Part shown: in pieces, positions 1-9,068 of the stretch
Layout of the letters: the number at the start of each line of letters is the position of its first letter
How positions within the stretch are numbered: the first letter of the stretch is position 1
NCBI GenBank assembly: GCA_964444785.1
Contig: CAYUII010000008.1
Location: 44,776 to 108,775 of the forward strand
Reading direction: 5' to 3'
DNA length: 64,000 nucleotides
Source of the DNA: an uncultured Bacteroidales bacterium
Lineage (GTDB): Bacteria > Bacteroidota > Bacteroidia > Bacteroidales > TTA-H9
Notes under the pieces: model-generated
What the model saw: only the letters and a program-made list of their open reading frames with translations
Databases searched by the model: none
What the model was told of the DNA's origin: nothing
Translations under genes and position numbers: made by a program

Positions 1-1
1 G

Positions 2-349
2 AATCAGATTTCAACTGTCGAGACTCATGATTGTTTTACTATAGCAGGAGTGCTTGCTGTCGAAGCAATGGGTCTTGTTGGCCATGGGCAGGGGGCTGCA
101 TTTGTTGCCGAAGGTGCCACAGCTCGAGATGGTGTTATGCCTATTAATACAACTGGTGGCTTGATCGGATGGGGGCACCCAACGGGTGCTACTGGTGTGC
201 ATCAGGCTGTTACTGCTTGGGAGCAGCTAACGGGAAGAGCTGCCGCAGCTCAAATCGTTATCAATCCTGATAAACCATATGCCCTTAGTATTAATATGGG
301 TGGTGATGATGTTACCGTTGTCGCAATTGTGTATAAAAAAATCTACTAA
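2..349 (+). CDS. thiolase-family protein, C-terminal fragment (gene starts upstream of the window)
   Basis: The frame is open from nt 2 to TAA at 347-349. The translation ...VETHDCFTIAGVLAVEAMGL...TTGGLIGWGHPTGATGV... resembles the C-terminal catalytic region of thiolase / SCP-x-type acetyl-CoA acyltransferases. Confidence 0.75.
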   Translation, partial: NQISTVETHDCFTIAGVLAVEAMGLVGHGQGAAFVAEGATARDGVMPINTTGGLIGWGHPTGATGVHQAVTAWEQLTGRAAAAQIVINPDKPYALSINMGGDDVTVVAIVYKKIY

Positions 350-389
350 AAACTTGCATGTGGTAAATTTAATTACTTATATTTGTTGC

Positions 390-484
390 AGGCTGTTCCG
401 GATTTTTCGGATATGTACCCCAAGGCATATCTTTCATTTTTCCTCATAGACAATAGGTTAGAACAATTGGAACAGCCTTTTTTT
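390..484 (+). terminator. 10-bp stem (AGGCTGTTCC / GGAACAGCCT) enclosing about 69 nt, followed by a T7 run. Either a terminator or a small structured RNA 3' of the thiolase gene.
   Basis: nt 390-399 pair with 469-478, and TTTTTTT lies at 478-484. The interior contains a GATATG/CATATC sub-hairpin. Confidence 0.4.
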
Positions 485-537
485 GTGAAAAAGTGATTTT
501 ATACATAGGGCATTTTTACATTGATGCCAACCGATTT

Positions 538-583
538 AAAGCCATGAGAAAAGAAATTCTTCTGATCTCATGGCTTTTTTTTT
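538..583 (+). terminator. rho-independent terminator
   Basis: A 12-bp stem AAAGCCATGAGA / TCTCATGGCTTT has a 16-nt loop and a T9 run. Confidence 0.75.
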
Positions 584-779
584 CAACATATTCAGTGGTT
601 GTTGACACTGATTGGGGATCCGTTTCAAAAGTTTTAGGAAAGGAAGTGATTTACGAATTGGATATGACAGGCTGTTGTTTCTCTAACTAGGCCGTTTTTG
701 AAAGGATGAATACCTTTGTTGGTAGAAATTGAACAACTTCCTCATGGACTCCTTTCATGAGGTTAATAAAGCTCATGAT

Positions 780-1727
780 ATGATAAAGACATCGTTTACT
801 CAAGCTTTTGGTGTAGAGTATCCTGTGATTCAGGGTGGTATGGTTTGGTGCTCTGGATGGCGATTAGCCAGTGCTGTTTCAGAGGCAGGCGGATTGGGAA
901 TAATTGGCTCAGGTAGTATGTATCCTGATATATTAAGGGAACATATACAAAAGATTAGATTAGCCACCCAGAAGCCGTTTGGAGTGAATGTCCCTCTAAT
1001 GTATGCTCATGCCGATCAGCTCATAGATGTAATGATTGAGGAGAAGATTCCTGTTGTGATTACCTCGGCCGGCAGTCCCTCCAAATACACTTCGCGGTTT
1101 CATGAAGCCGGAATAAAAGTGATTCATGTGGTTTCTAACTTGAAGTTTGCACTTAAAAGCCAGGAAGCCGGGGTTGATGCAATAGTTTTTGAAGGATTTG
1201 AGGCGGGAGGTCATAATGGCAATGAGGAGACTTCGACGTTGGTTTTAATGCAATTACTTAGAAAGCACATTACCATTCCTCTTTTAGCTGCTGGTGGTAT
1301 TGGTTCTGGAGAGGCGATTTTGGGTCTATTGGCTATGGGAGCAGATGGGGTGCAGATTGGTTCTCTGTTTGCTGCTGCTTATGAGTCTTCTGCTCATGAT
1401 TCTTTTAAGTCACTTATTGTTGAAGCGGGGGATGGGTCAACCGATTTAGTTCTAAAAAAGATTGGGGCAACCCGTCTGTTGAAGAACAAGTTTTATACTC
1501 AGGTCAAAGAGTTGGAGTATAAGGGCGGCTCAGCTGAAGAGTTGAAGCTGTTACTGGGTAAGGGGAGAGCCAGAATGGGTATGTTTGAAGGAGATATTGA
1601 CGAGGGGGAGTTGGAAATAGGTCAGATTGCCGGATGTATCGATAAGGTTAAAACGGTAAATGAGATTTTTGAGGAGTTAAAACACTCCTTTCAGATGGCT
1701 CTTAATCGTATGAAATGTTTTGAATAG
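780..1727 (+). CDS. NAD(P)H-dependent flavin oxidoreductase (nitronate monooxygenase / FabK-like enoyl-ACP reductase II family)
   Basis: The N-terminus FGVEYPVIQGGMVWCSGWRLASAVSEAGGLGIIG, plus later EAGGH and AAGGIGSG segments, is typical of the NMO/FabK TIM-barrel FMN family. The track start at 729 is TTG, so I prefer ATG 780 (MIKTSF...). ATG 744 is also possible. Confidence 0.8.
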   Translation: MIKTSFTQAFGVEYPVIQGGMVWCSGWRLASAVSEAGGLGIIGSGSMYPDILREHIQKIRLATQKPFGVNVPLMYAHADQLIDVMIEEKIPVVITSAGSPSKYTSRFHEAGIKVIHVVSNLKFALKSQEAGVDAIVFEGFEAGGHNGNEETSTLVLMQLLRKHITIPLLAAGGIGSGEAILGLLAMGADGVQIGSLFAAAYESSAHDSFKSLIVEAGDGSTDLVLKKIGATRLLKNKFYTQVKELEYKGGSAEELKLLLGKGRARMGMFEGDIDEGELEIGQIAGCIDKVKTVNEIFEELKHSFQMALNRMKCFE

Positions 1728-1767
1728 TGTAATCGGCTCTTCGTATTATAATGTATAAGGTTAAAAG

Positions 1768-2565
1768 ATGAGTAAAATAAAGCTTGATGAGGGCAGTCAG
1801 GTCTTCTATCAGTGGTGGGGAAAACCATCAGTTGATTCGAATAAACCCATTATTGTTTTATTGCATGAGGGATTGGGGTGTACAGCTATGTGGCGGGAGT
1901 TTCCTGAAGCCTTGCATAAGTCCACTGATTGTCCGGTGTTGAGTTATGATCGCTTGGGGTATGGTAAGTCGAGTAAGACTAAATATGGCTTTAAGATGGA
2001 TTATATCCGATACGAGGCGGAGGTATTGTTACCACAGGTTATAGGTCAACTATGCCAAGAGAAAGACTTTATTCTTTTTGGACATAGTGATGGAGCGACC
2101 ATTGCTCTGTCGGCTGCATCTTGTATGGTGAAGAGGCCATTAGCGGTGGTTGCCGAGGCACCTCATGTGATTATAGAGGAGGTGACGGTTGAAGGGCTTA
2201 AACAGACGCGATCTTTGATGGAGACGGGAGATACTCTTTATAAGCTTTCGAAATACCATGGAGAAAGGACCCCTGATCTGGTATATGATTGGCTTGAATG
2301 CTGGCTTTCGGGAGAGATGAAACAGTGGCAGATGGATGATCTCTTAAGTGGTATTGATGTTCCTGCTTTGTTTATTCAGGGAGATGAGGATCATTTTGGT
2401 TCCATCGCTCAATATGAACACATGGTAGGTTTAATGAAAACAAAACCTGATTTATATTGGATTGAGAAGTGTGGTCACATCCCGCATATGCAATATAAAG
2501 CGGAAGTGATGAATCGATTTATCTTTTTTTTTGAAGAGATCTTAGCCCGAAGCAGGGCAGAATAA
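1768..2565 (+). CDS. alpha/beta-fold hydrolase
   Basis: It has HEGLG oxyanion-region-like sequence, the nucleophile elbow G-H-S-D-G (FGHSDGATIAL) and a C-terminal CGHIPH histidine region. Confidence 0.75.
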   Translation: MSKIKLDEGSQVFYQWWGKPSVDSNKPIIVLLHEGLGCTAMWREFPEALHKSTDCPVLSYDRLGYGKSSKTKYGFKMDYIRYEAEVLLPQVIGQLCQEKDFILFGHSDGATIALSAASCMVKRPLAVVAEAPHVIIEEVTVEGLKQTRSLMETGDTLYKLSKYHGERTPDLVYDWLECWLSGEMKQWQMDDLLSGIDVPALFIQGDEDHFGSIAQYEHMVGLMKTKPDLYWIEKCGHIPHMQYKAEVMNRFIFFFEEILARSRAE

Positions 2566-2594
2566 ACATTTTTTGTCGTTTATCAAACAAGGGA

Positions 2595-2635
2595 GCCTGT
2601 GTGATTGTTAAATGACTATCACACGGGCCTTTTTG
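2595..2635 (+). terminator. rho-independent terminator after the alpha/beta hydrolase gene
   Basis: An 11-bp stem GCCTGTGTGAT / ATCACACGGGC (one G:U) has a 12-nt loop and a TTTTT tail. Confidence 0.7.
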
Positions 2636-2695
2636 TATTGGTTGATAGAGAGTACCGGTTGTGAGCAAAACGAACCTAACCTAAAAACATTAGTT

Positions 2696-3850
2696 ATGGA
2701 ATTCTCTTTTTCTGAAGAGCAGTTAATGATCAGGCAGGCTGCCCGTGACTATGCTCAGCGCGAGCTCTTTCTAGATGTCATTGAGCGTGATGAAAAGTCA
2801 ATTTACCCTGAAAAGCATGTTAAAGCATTGGCCGAGCTGGGATTTATGGGTATGATGGTTGACCCTAAGTATGATGGTGGTGGAATGGACGCTGTCTCCT
2901 ATGTACTGGCGATGGAGGAGATTTCAAAGGTTGATTCATCGGTTGCTGTGATCATGTCAGTAAATAATAGTCTGGTTTGTTGGGGGCTTGAGACTTTTGG
3001 GAACGAGCAACAGAAGGAGAAATACCTTAAACCACTTGCCCGTGGTGAGAAGATTGGAGCGTTTCTACTTTCTGAGCCAGAAGCTGGGTCTGATGCAACT
3101 TCTCAGCGTACCACAGCAGAAGATCATGGGGATTATTATCTGCTTAATGGTACAAAGAATTGGATAACGAATGGTAATACTGCGTCAACTTATCTGGTTA
3201 TTGCCCAAACTGATGTTGCTGCAGGTCACAAAGGGATTAATGCGTTTATTGTTGAGCGACATTCTCCTGGAATCAGCGTTGGACCTCATGAAAATAAGAT
3301 GGGAATGCGTTCAAGTGATACTCATTCTGTGATGTTCACCGATGTTAAAGTGCCAAAAGAGAATCGTATTGGAGAGAATGGTTTTGGGTTTAAGTTTGCT
3401 ATGCAGACACTTGATGGTGGACGGATTGGAATTGCTGCTCAGGCCTTGGGGATAGCCTCCGGTGCTTATGAGTTGGCGGTTAAATATGCTAAACAGAGGA
3501 AAGCATTTGGAACCGAAATCATTAACCATCAAGCCGTAGCTTTTAAACTGTCAGATATGGTTGTAAAGATTGAAACAGCCAGATTACTCGTACTTAAAGC
3601 AGCATGGCTTAAAGACCAACATAAACCATATGGCATTGCAAGTGCTATGGCTAAGCAGTATTGTGCCGATATGGCGATGGAGGTGACTACTGAGGCTGTT
3701 CAAATTCATGGTGGATATGGGTATGTTAAAGAGTATCATGTGGAGCGCTTGATGCGCGAGGCTAAATTGACCCAGATCTACGAAGGGACCTCTGAAATTC
3801 AAAAAGTGGTGATATCGAGAGCTATCTCTCGAAATGAAATGAACTTCTAA
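2696..3850 (+). CDS. acyl-CoA dehydrogenase (short/butyryl-CoA type)
   Basis: MEFSFSEEQLMIRQAARDYA... and the C-terminal ...IYEGTSEIQKVVISR are classic ACAD ends. The track start at 2612 lies inside the upstream terminator hairpin (2595-2635), so ATG 2696 is preferred. Confidence 0.9.
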   Translation: MEFSFSEEQLMIRQAARDYAQRELFLDVIERDEKSIYPEKHVKALAELGFMGMMVDPKYDGGGMDAVSYVLAMEEISKVDSSVAVIMSVNNSLVCWGLETFGNEQQKEKYLKPLARGEKIGAFLLSEPEAGSDATSQRTTAEDHGDYYLLNGTKNWITNGNTASTYLVIAQTDVAAGHKGINAFIVERHSPGISVGPHENKMGMRSSDTHSVMFTDVKVPKENRIGENGFGFKFAMQTLDGGRIGIAAQALGIASGAYELAVKYAKQRKAFGTEIINHQAVAFKLSDMVVKIETARLLVLKAAWLKDQHKPYGIASAMAKQYCADMAMEVTTEAVQIHGGYGYVKEYHVERLMREAKLTQIYEGTSEIQKVVISRAISRNEMNF

Positions 3851-3868
3851 CAACTAAACAATTGTTAT

Positions 3869-4621
3869 ATGATGAAGATTGCAGTATGCTTGTCTCAGGT
3901 ACCAGATACTACAACCCCAATAAAGATTGCAGCAGATAATTGTTCAATCGAAACTCAGGGTATACAATGGGTAATTAATCCGTGGGATGAATTAACACTA
4001 ACCCGGGCCATTGAACTTCGCGAATCTGCGGATAGCCAAGTAACAGAGCTGGTTGTTGTTCATGCCGGTGGTGTAGATGCAGAACCGGTGATTAGAAAAG
4101 CGCTTGCTATGGGAGCCGATCGTGCCGTTAGAATTGATACCAAACCCCAGGATGCTTCTTCGGCAGCCTTGGCTCTGGCCGACTATTTTAAGCGTGAGTC
4201 TTATGATTTAATCCTTACCGGATTGGAGTCGGCTGATTTTAATGGTGGGATAACAGGGGTTCTTCTTGCCTCAAAGTTAGGCCTTGATGTTATTAATAAT
4301 GTAAGCTCTTTAGAGATCATTGCAGGTAAAGTCTCTTTGAAACGAGAGTCTAATCAAGGTACACAATCTCTTAATCTTAATAGTCCTGTAGTCATTGTAA
4401 CCCAAAAAGGAATTGCTATCGTGCCAAGAATCCCTTCCATGCGTGGGGTCATGTCGGCACGAACAAAGCCGTTGCAAATAGTGGCAGCCTCAACAGGGGG
4501 AATCGATTCTGGTCTGAGGGGCTATCAGTATCCTCCCAAACGTCAGACCTGTAAGTTTGTGCCGGCTGATGAGGCAGGTAAACTTATAGATTTACTTAGA
4601 AATGAGGCAAGGGTAATTTAA
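3869..4621 (+). CDS. etfB: electron transfer flavoprotein beta subunit
   Basis: MKIAVCLSQVPDTTT...INPWDELTLTRAIELRE is the typical EtfB N-terminus. It lies directly between an ACAD gene and etfA. Confidence 0.85.
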   Translation: MMKIAVCLSQVPDTTTPIKIAADNCSIETQGIQWVINPWDELTLTRAIELRESADSQVTELVVVHAGGVDAEPVIRKALAMGADRAVRIDTKPQDASSAALALADYFKRESYDLILTGLESADFNGGITGVLLASKLGLDVINNVSSLEIIAGKVSLKRESNQGTQSLNLNSPVVIVTQKGIAIVPRIPSMRGVMSARTKPLQIVAASTGGIDSGLRGYQYPPKRQTCKFVPADEAGKLIDLLRNEARVI

Positions 4622-4635
4622 CCAATAAATGAGAG

Positions 4636-5589
4636 ATGATTATGGCAGTACTATGTTATATTGAAACAAGAAACGGAGAGGTTACCCAAGGGGCTCTATT
4701 GGCTGTTGGGTATGCACAGAAAATTGCTTTACAGCAGGGGCTTCCTTTATCACTGGCTATTGCGGGTGCTAACCAGGAAAGGTTACCAAATTATCAAAAT
4801 ATGGGAGTGGATAACATAATTCTGATAGATGAAGCTTTTCCTCCGGATTATCAGATTGCGGGACGAGCAGCCTGGGTATTGCAGCTTATTACTGATAAAG
4901 GAATCACTCTTTTTATCACAGATTCCTCACCTGAGAATAGTGTCGTTGCATCTTATACAGCAGGGTTAATGGATGCTCCAATCTTTACAGGAGTAACCGA
5001 GGGTTTTGGCTCTGATGAGTCTGCTCTTAAGCGAAATATCTATTCGGGGAAGTTGAAGGGCAGCTATGTTTTTGACGGACAGGTTCGGTTTTTGGTTTTA
5101 GCACCCGGTGTGGGACAGCTTTCTGAACCTAAGGCTTGTAATAAGGTTGACTCTTTCTTGTTTACAGGTTCTCTTTCATCGGCTATTCAATTAGTAGAGT
5201 TGACTACGACTGGTGAAGTGCTCCCTTTGACTGAGGCTCGTCGGATTGTTTCAGGCGGAAGAGGTATGAGAGGTCCGGAGAACTGGGGTGCACTTGAAGA
5301 GTTAGCAAAGAGGCTTGGTGCTGCGACGGCCTGCAGTAGGCCTGTAAGTGACGAAGGGTGGCGTCCGCATCATGAACATGTTGGTCAAACAGGGAAGATT
5401 GTTGCTCCGGAGCTTTATGTCGCTCTTGGAATCAGCGGAGCTATCCAACATCTGGCAGGCATAAGTGGTTCTAAGGTGATTGTAGCAATAAACAAGGATC
5501 CGGAGGCTCCGATTTTTGAGGCTGCTGACTATGGCATTATCGGGGATCTCCAACAGGTTCTTCCTAAGCTTATAGATGCCTTGGCTTAG
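4636..5589 (+). CDS. etfA: electron transfer flavoprotein alpha subunit
   Basis: The C-terminal FAD-binding signature [48 protein letters not shown] is present. Confidence 0.85.
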   Translation: MIMAVLCYIETRNGEVTQGALLAVGYAQKIALQQGLPLSLAIAGANQERLPNYQNMGVDNIILIDEAFPPDYQIAGRAAWVLQLITDKGITLFITDSSPENSVVASYTAGLMDAPIFTGVTEGFGSDESALKRNIYSGKLKGSYVFDGQVRFLVLAPGVGQLSEPKACNKVDSFLFTGSLSSAIQLVELTTTGEVLPLTEARRIVSGGRGMRGPENWGALEELAKRLGAATACSRPVSDEGWRPHHEHVGQTGKIVAPELYVALGISGAIQHLAGISGSKVIVAINKDPEAPIFEAADYGIIGDLQQVLPKLIDALA

Positions 5590-5622
5590 TAAGAAGCTAA
5601 TGGTATAGTTGAGAGGGAATAC

Positions 5623-5705
5623 AAATCTCTCTTCACCTCCCAGAAATAATTTCTCATTCTATACTTCGATGAGAAAAGGATGGTGAAGAGAGATTTATTT
5701 TTTTG
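5623..5705. terminator. large hairpin between convergent etfA and feoAB (probable bidirectional terminator)
   Basis: A perfect 15-bp stem AAATCTCTCTTCACC / GGTGAAGAGAGATTT encloses a 44-nt interior with its own TCTCAT/ATGAGA hairpin. A T-run follows on the + strand. Confidence 0.7.
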
Positions 5706-5715
5706 GGAGAGCGAT

Positions 5716-8298
5716 TTAAAATCCTAGAAGTGATCCAATCTGAAAGAATAAAAGACTGACTACATAGGCTAGTCCGGAAGTATAAAGGATGGTGAAGGCG
5801 CCCCATTTCCAGCTTCCAGATTCTCGGCTAATGACAGCTATTGTTCCTAGGCAAGGGAAGTAAAGTAAAACAAAGATCATGAAAGAGAGGGCAGAAAGGG
5901 GGGTATATACCAACTGACCTAATCGTTCTCCGCTTTTATGCCTTTCGTTTCTTAATCGATCAACCAGATTTTGTTCAGAGTCATCGGCTGGGCTAATTAA
6001 GACGGCCAAGGTGCTAACAACAATCTCCTTGCCAGGAACACCGGCAAGTATACTCACCCCCATCTTCCAATCAAAACCCAAGGGAGCTATTACAGGTTCA
6101 ATAAATTTCCCCATCTGGCCAATATAAGAGTTCTCTTGGTGGTGCATCTGGATGTTACCTTCAATGGCTTTGATGAGGCTATCTCTTTCAATAATTAGGT
6201 GCTTCGTTTCAATCGGATCAATAGTATTTGACACTCTTAGGTTGTAAGCATCATGGGTTTCAGCGATCTGCTTTTGATAGACTTTGTTCTCGTCATGGCC
6301 TAAAGGGAAGTAACCTAGAGCCCAGACAATAATTGAAGCTACTAAAATAATACCTCCGATTTTTTTAAGGTATTGAACTCCCTTATCCCACATATGAGTT
6401 AGAATTGCTTTTCTGGTTGGGATTCTATAGGGTGGAAGCTCCATTACAAAAGGAACCGTTTCAATTTTGAAGAGCGTTTTCTTTAAGATCAATGCGATAG
6501 CTACAGCTGTTAAAATACCGATGGCATAAATCAGAAATAGAACCGTTCCTGGGTTTTCGGGGAAGAATGCACTAATAAACAGAACATATACCGGTAGTCT
6601 GGCGCTGCATGACATGAACGGGTTGATAAGCATAGTGATCATCCTGTCGTTTCTGTTTTCCAAAGTTCTTGTGGCCATGATGGCTGGTACAGTACAGCCA
6701 AACCCCATGAGCAAAGGAATAAATGACTTTCCGTGCAGGCCAATACGATGCATTATCTTATCCATTATAAATACGGCTCTTGCCATATAGCCGGTATCTT
6801 CCATTAATGAGATAAAAAAGAAGAGCAGGAGGATGTTGGGAAGGAAGACAATTACGCCTCCGATGCCTCCAATAATGCCATCTTTGATAAGATCTTTGAG
6901 CATTCCGGTCGCCATATGGTTCTCTACTAAATCAGAGAGGAAGCTGACGCCGGTTTCAATCCAGGCAACAGGGTAGTTGCCTAAAGTGAAGGTGGCTTGA
7001 AACATCAGCCACATTAAGGCTAAAAAGATAGGGATCCCAAAGAGTTTATGGGTAAAAAAGGCATCAATGATCTCGGTAGTTTGTCGTTGAGCGACTTCGC
7101 CCGGTTTTAGGGTCTCTTTAATGGCTCCATTAATAAAGCCATATTTCGCATCAGTAATCAGGGTCTCTATGGTATCGCCGGCAAAGTCTTCTACTTTCTT
7201 TCGTTCATAGGCGGCGGCACTTAGGATCTCCTTTTTATTTGCGAGTTGTTCTATCCGATCAGTTTCATATTGGTCGTTCTCAAGAAGTTTTATGGCCAGA
7301 TAGCGAGAACTGATTAGATCTGTAAGTGGTCTGTTCTCCGGTTTTTTTAACTTTTCTTGAACGGCATGTATGGCTTTTTCCAGCCTATCACCATAATTAA
7401 TGTGGATATGACGGAAGTCTGGATCTGCGTCGGTGAAGACCTCAATGATTTTATCGAGTAGCTCTTTTATACCTTTTCCTTTTGATCCTACGGTTGGAAC
7501 AGCGGGAATACCGAGTAGTCTTGCTAAGGTTCCATAGTCGAGTTGATCACCCCGGTTTTCAAGTTCATCGAACATGTTTAGAGCCATAACGACCTTCAAA
7601 TCCATGTCGATGAGCTGGGTCGTTAAAAAGAGGTTTCTTTCGAGGTTAGAGGCATCTACCACGTTTAAAACAATGTCAGGGATCTTGGTGAGAAGGTTAT
7701 TCCTAACATAGACCTCCTCGGGGGTATAGGCACTCACCGAATAAGTACCAGGCAGATCAATTAAAACTATCTTAAAACCGTTATGGTGAATTTCAGCCTC
7801 TTTAGCATCAACAGTAACCCCGCTATAGTTTCCAACCCTTTCATGTGAGCCGGATGCATAATTAAAAAGAGTGGTTTTTCCTGCATTTGGATTACCGACT
7901 ACTGCTACTAAAATCTCCGTTCCGGGAATGTGAGAATGAGATCCGTCACCATGGTGCTCATGACGACAATCAGCTTTCCCACATCCACAATGGTTCCTCT
8001 TATGTCGGGCGTGTCTTCTCTCTCCATGACCCCAGTGGCACTCCCTTAACTCATTCTCATCAAAAAAAGTATGAGCCATGTCAATCTCTATCAGTGAGGC
8101 CTCGGTATTTCTTAAGGATACGTTATATCCCATAATATTATACTCTACCGGATCTTGCAGTGGTGCTTTTCTTATTACAGTTACCCTTTTTCCGGCGATA
8201 AAACCCATTTCCATGATTCTCCGCCGAAATGCACCACGTCCTCTTACTTTTACAATTAACGCGGTCTCTCCTTGTTTTAGATCAGAAAGAGTGGACAT
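5716..8298 (-). CDS. feoB: fused FeoA-FeoB ferrous iron transporter with a His/Cys-rich linker
   Basis: The N-terminal 75 aa form a FeoA-like SH3 domain (LSDLKQGETALIVKV...). G-domain motifs VGNPNAGKTTLFN and DLPGTYS follow, then a polytopic membrane domain. Residues 87-123 are a His/Cys-rich insert. Confidence 0.9.
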   Translation of the reverse strand: MSTLSDLKQGETALIVKVRGRGAFRRRIMEMGFIAGKRVTVIRKAPLQDPVEYNIMGYNVSLRNTEASLIEIDMAHTFFDENELRECHWGHGERRHARHKRNHCGCGKADCRHEHHGDGSHSHIPGTEILVAVVGNPNAGKTTLFNYASGSHERVGNYSGVTVDAKEAEIHHNGFKIVLIDLPGTYSVSAYTPEEVYVRNNLLTKIPDIVLNVVDASNLERNLFLTTQLIDMDLKVVMALNMFDELENRGDQLDYGTLARLLGIPAVPTVGSKGKGIKELLDKIIEVFTDADPDFRHIHINYGDRLEKAIHAVQEKLKKPENRPLTDLISSRYLAIKLLENDQYETDRIEQLANKKEILSAAAYERKKVEDFAGDTIETLITDAKYGFINGAIKETLKPGEVAQRQTTEIIDAFFTHKLFGIPIFLALMWLMFQATFTLGNYPVAWIETGVSFLSDLVENHMATGMLKDLIKDGIIGGIGGVIVFLPNILLLFFFISLMEDTGYMARAVFIMDKIMHRIGLHGKSFIPLLMGFGCTVPAIMATRTLENRNDRMITMLINPFMSCSARLPVYVLFISAFFPENPGTVLFLIYAIGILTAVAIALILKKTLFKIETVPFVMELPPYRIPTRKAILTHMWDKGVQYLKKIGGIILVASIIVWALGYFPLGHDENKVYQKQIAETHDAYNLRVSNTIDPIETKHLIIERDSLIKAIEGNIQMHHQENSYIGQMGKFIEPVIAPLGFDWKMGVSILAGVPGKEIVVSTLAVLISPADDSEQNLVDRLRNERHKSGERLGQLVYTPLSALSFMIFVLLYFPCLGTIAVISRESGSWKWGAFTILYTSGLAYVVSLLFFQIGSLLGF

Positions 8299-8329
8299 TA
8301 TTTAGATTAATTTTAAATTACAAAAGTAC

Positions 8330-8337
8330 AATTTCAT
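8330..8337 (-). promoter_or_regulatory. candidate Bacteroidota -7 promoter box for feoAB
   Basis: The minus strand reads TACTTTTG, which matches TAnnTTTG, 31 nt upstream of the feoAB ATG. Confidence 0.35.
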
Positions 8338-8411
8338 CACGGAATAAAAAGCCTTGGGTAAGAAAAGAGTTCTTCCTACTCCGGAATAATGTCACATGTA
8401 AAGAAAAAGGG

Positions 8412-9059
8412 TTAAAATAGTTGTTCTAAAGGAAGGGTGAGTTGAGTGTAATCATCAATAAAGAGGTCGGCTTCTGGCAGTTGTTCTCTTGAGAAGGTTG
8501 TTATTAAGGAGATGACTTTCATATGGGCTGCTTTAGCGGCCATGATACCGAGAGGGGCATCTTCGAAGACGAGACAGTTTTCAGGAGGGATAGAAAGGTT
8601 TTTAGCGGTAAGAAGAAAGATTTCGGGGTCGGGTTTTCCTTTAGACACGGAGGAGGCATCGGTGATGATATCGAATTGACCCGTTAGGTTTGATTCATTG
8701 AGGATAAACGTTACATTTTCGGTTGGTGCGCTAGTTGCCAGACCTGTTTTAATTCCATTTGCTTTGAGCAGACCTAGGAAGTTAACTAATCCTTTAATCG
8801 GTTTTACAAAGCCTTTATAATTTTTTCTATAGAGGATTTCTTTTCGGTCGGCCCAGTGTTTTAGCTCTTGGGCAGAAAGGTGATAGCCTAGGAGTGCAAA
8901 GAAGGTCTCAGCGTTTGTTTTTCCAAAAAGACTGAGTATCTCGGCTTCTGTTTTATGAAGGCCTAATTCTGTACAGACGTGAAGCCAGGCATTGACATGG
9001 TACAGATGATTATGGATGATCGTTCCATCCATATCGAAAATAACTCCTTTTATATTCAT
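8412..9059 (-). CDS. HAD-superfamily hydrolase (beta-phosphoglucomutase-like subfamily IA)
   Basis: It has motif I VIFDMDGTII, motif-III-like KGKPDPEIF and motif IV FEDAPLGI. Confidence 0.8.
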   Translation of the reverse strand: MNIKGVIFDMDGTIIHNHLYHVNAWLHVCTELGLHKTEAEILSLFGKTNAETFFALLGYHLSAQELKHWADRKEILYRKNYKGFVKPIKGLVNFLGLLKANGIKTGLATSAPTENVTFILNESNLTGQFDIITDASSVSKGKPDPEIFLLTAKNLSIPPENCLVFEDAPLGIMAAKAAHMKVISLITTFSREQLPEADLFIDDYTQLTLPLEQLF

Positions 9060-9068
9060 TTTGTATAG

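Noticed and set aside
493-690. 65-aa ORF in the thiolase / FabK-like intergenic region
   Set aside because: It has a non-ATG start, runs straight through a strong rho-independent terminator (538-583) and has no recognisable features.
2612-2695. Track start codon at 2612 for the acyl-CoA dehydrogenase (412 aa)
   Set aside because: The first 28 codons overlap the upstream terminator hairpin (2595-2635) and encode no ACAD-like sequence. ATG 2696 (MEFSFSEEQL...) gives the canonical N-terminus.
8299-8411. Possible Fur box in the AT-rich feoAB upstream region (AATTTAAAATT palindrome at about 8311-8325)
   Set aside because: It shows only weak resemblance to the GATAATGATAATCATTATC consensus. I cannot distinguish it from background AT-richness without a lineage-specific Fur motif model.
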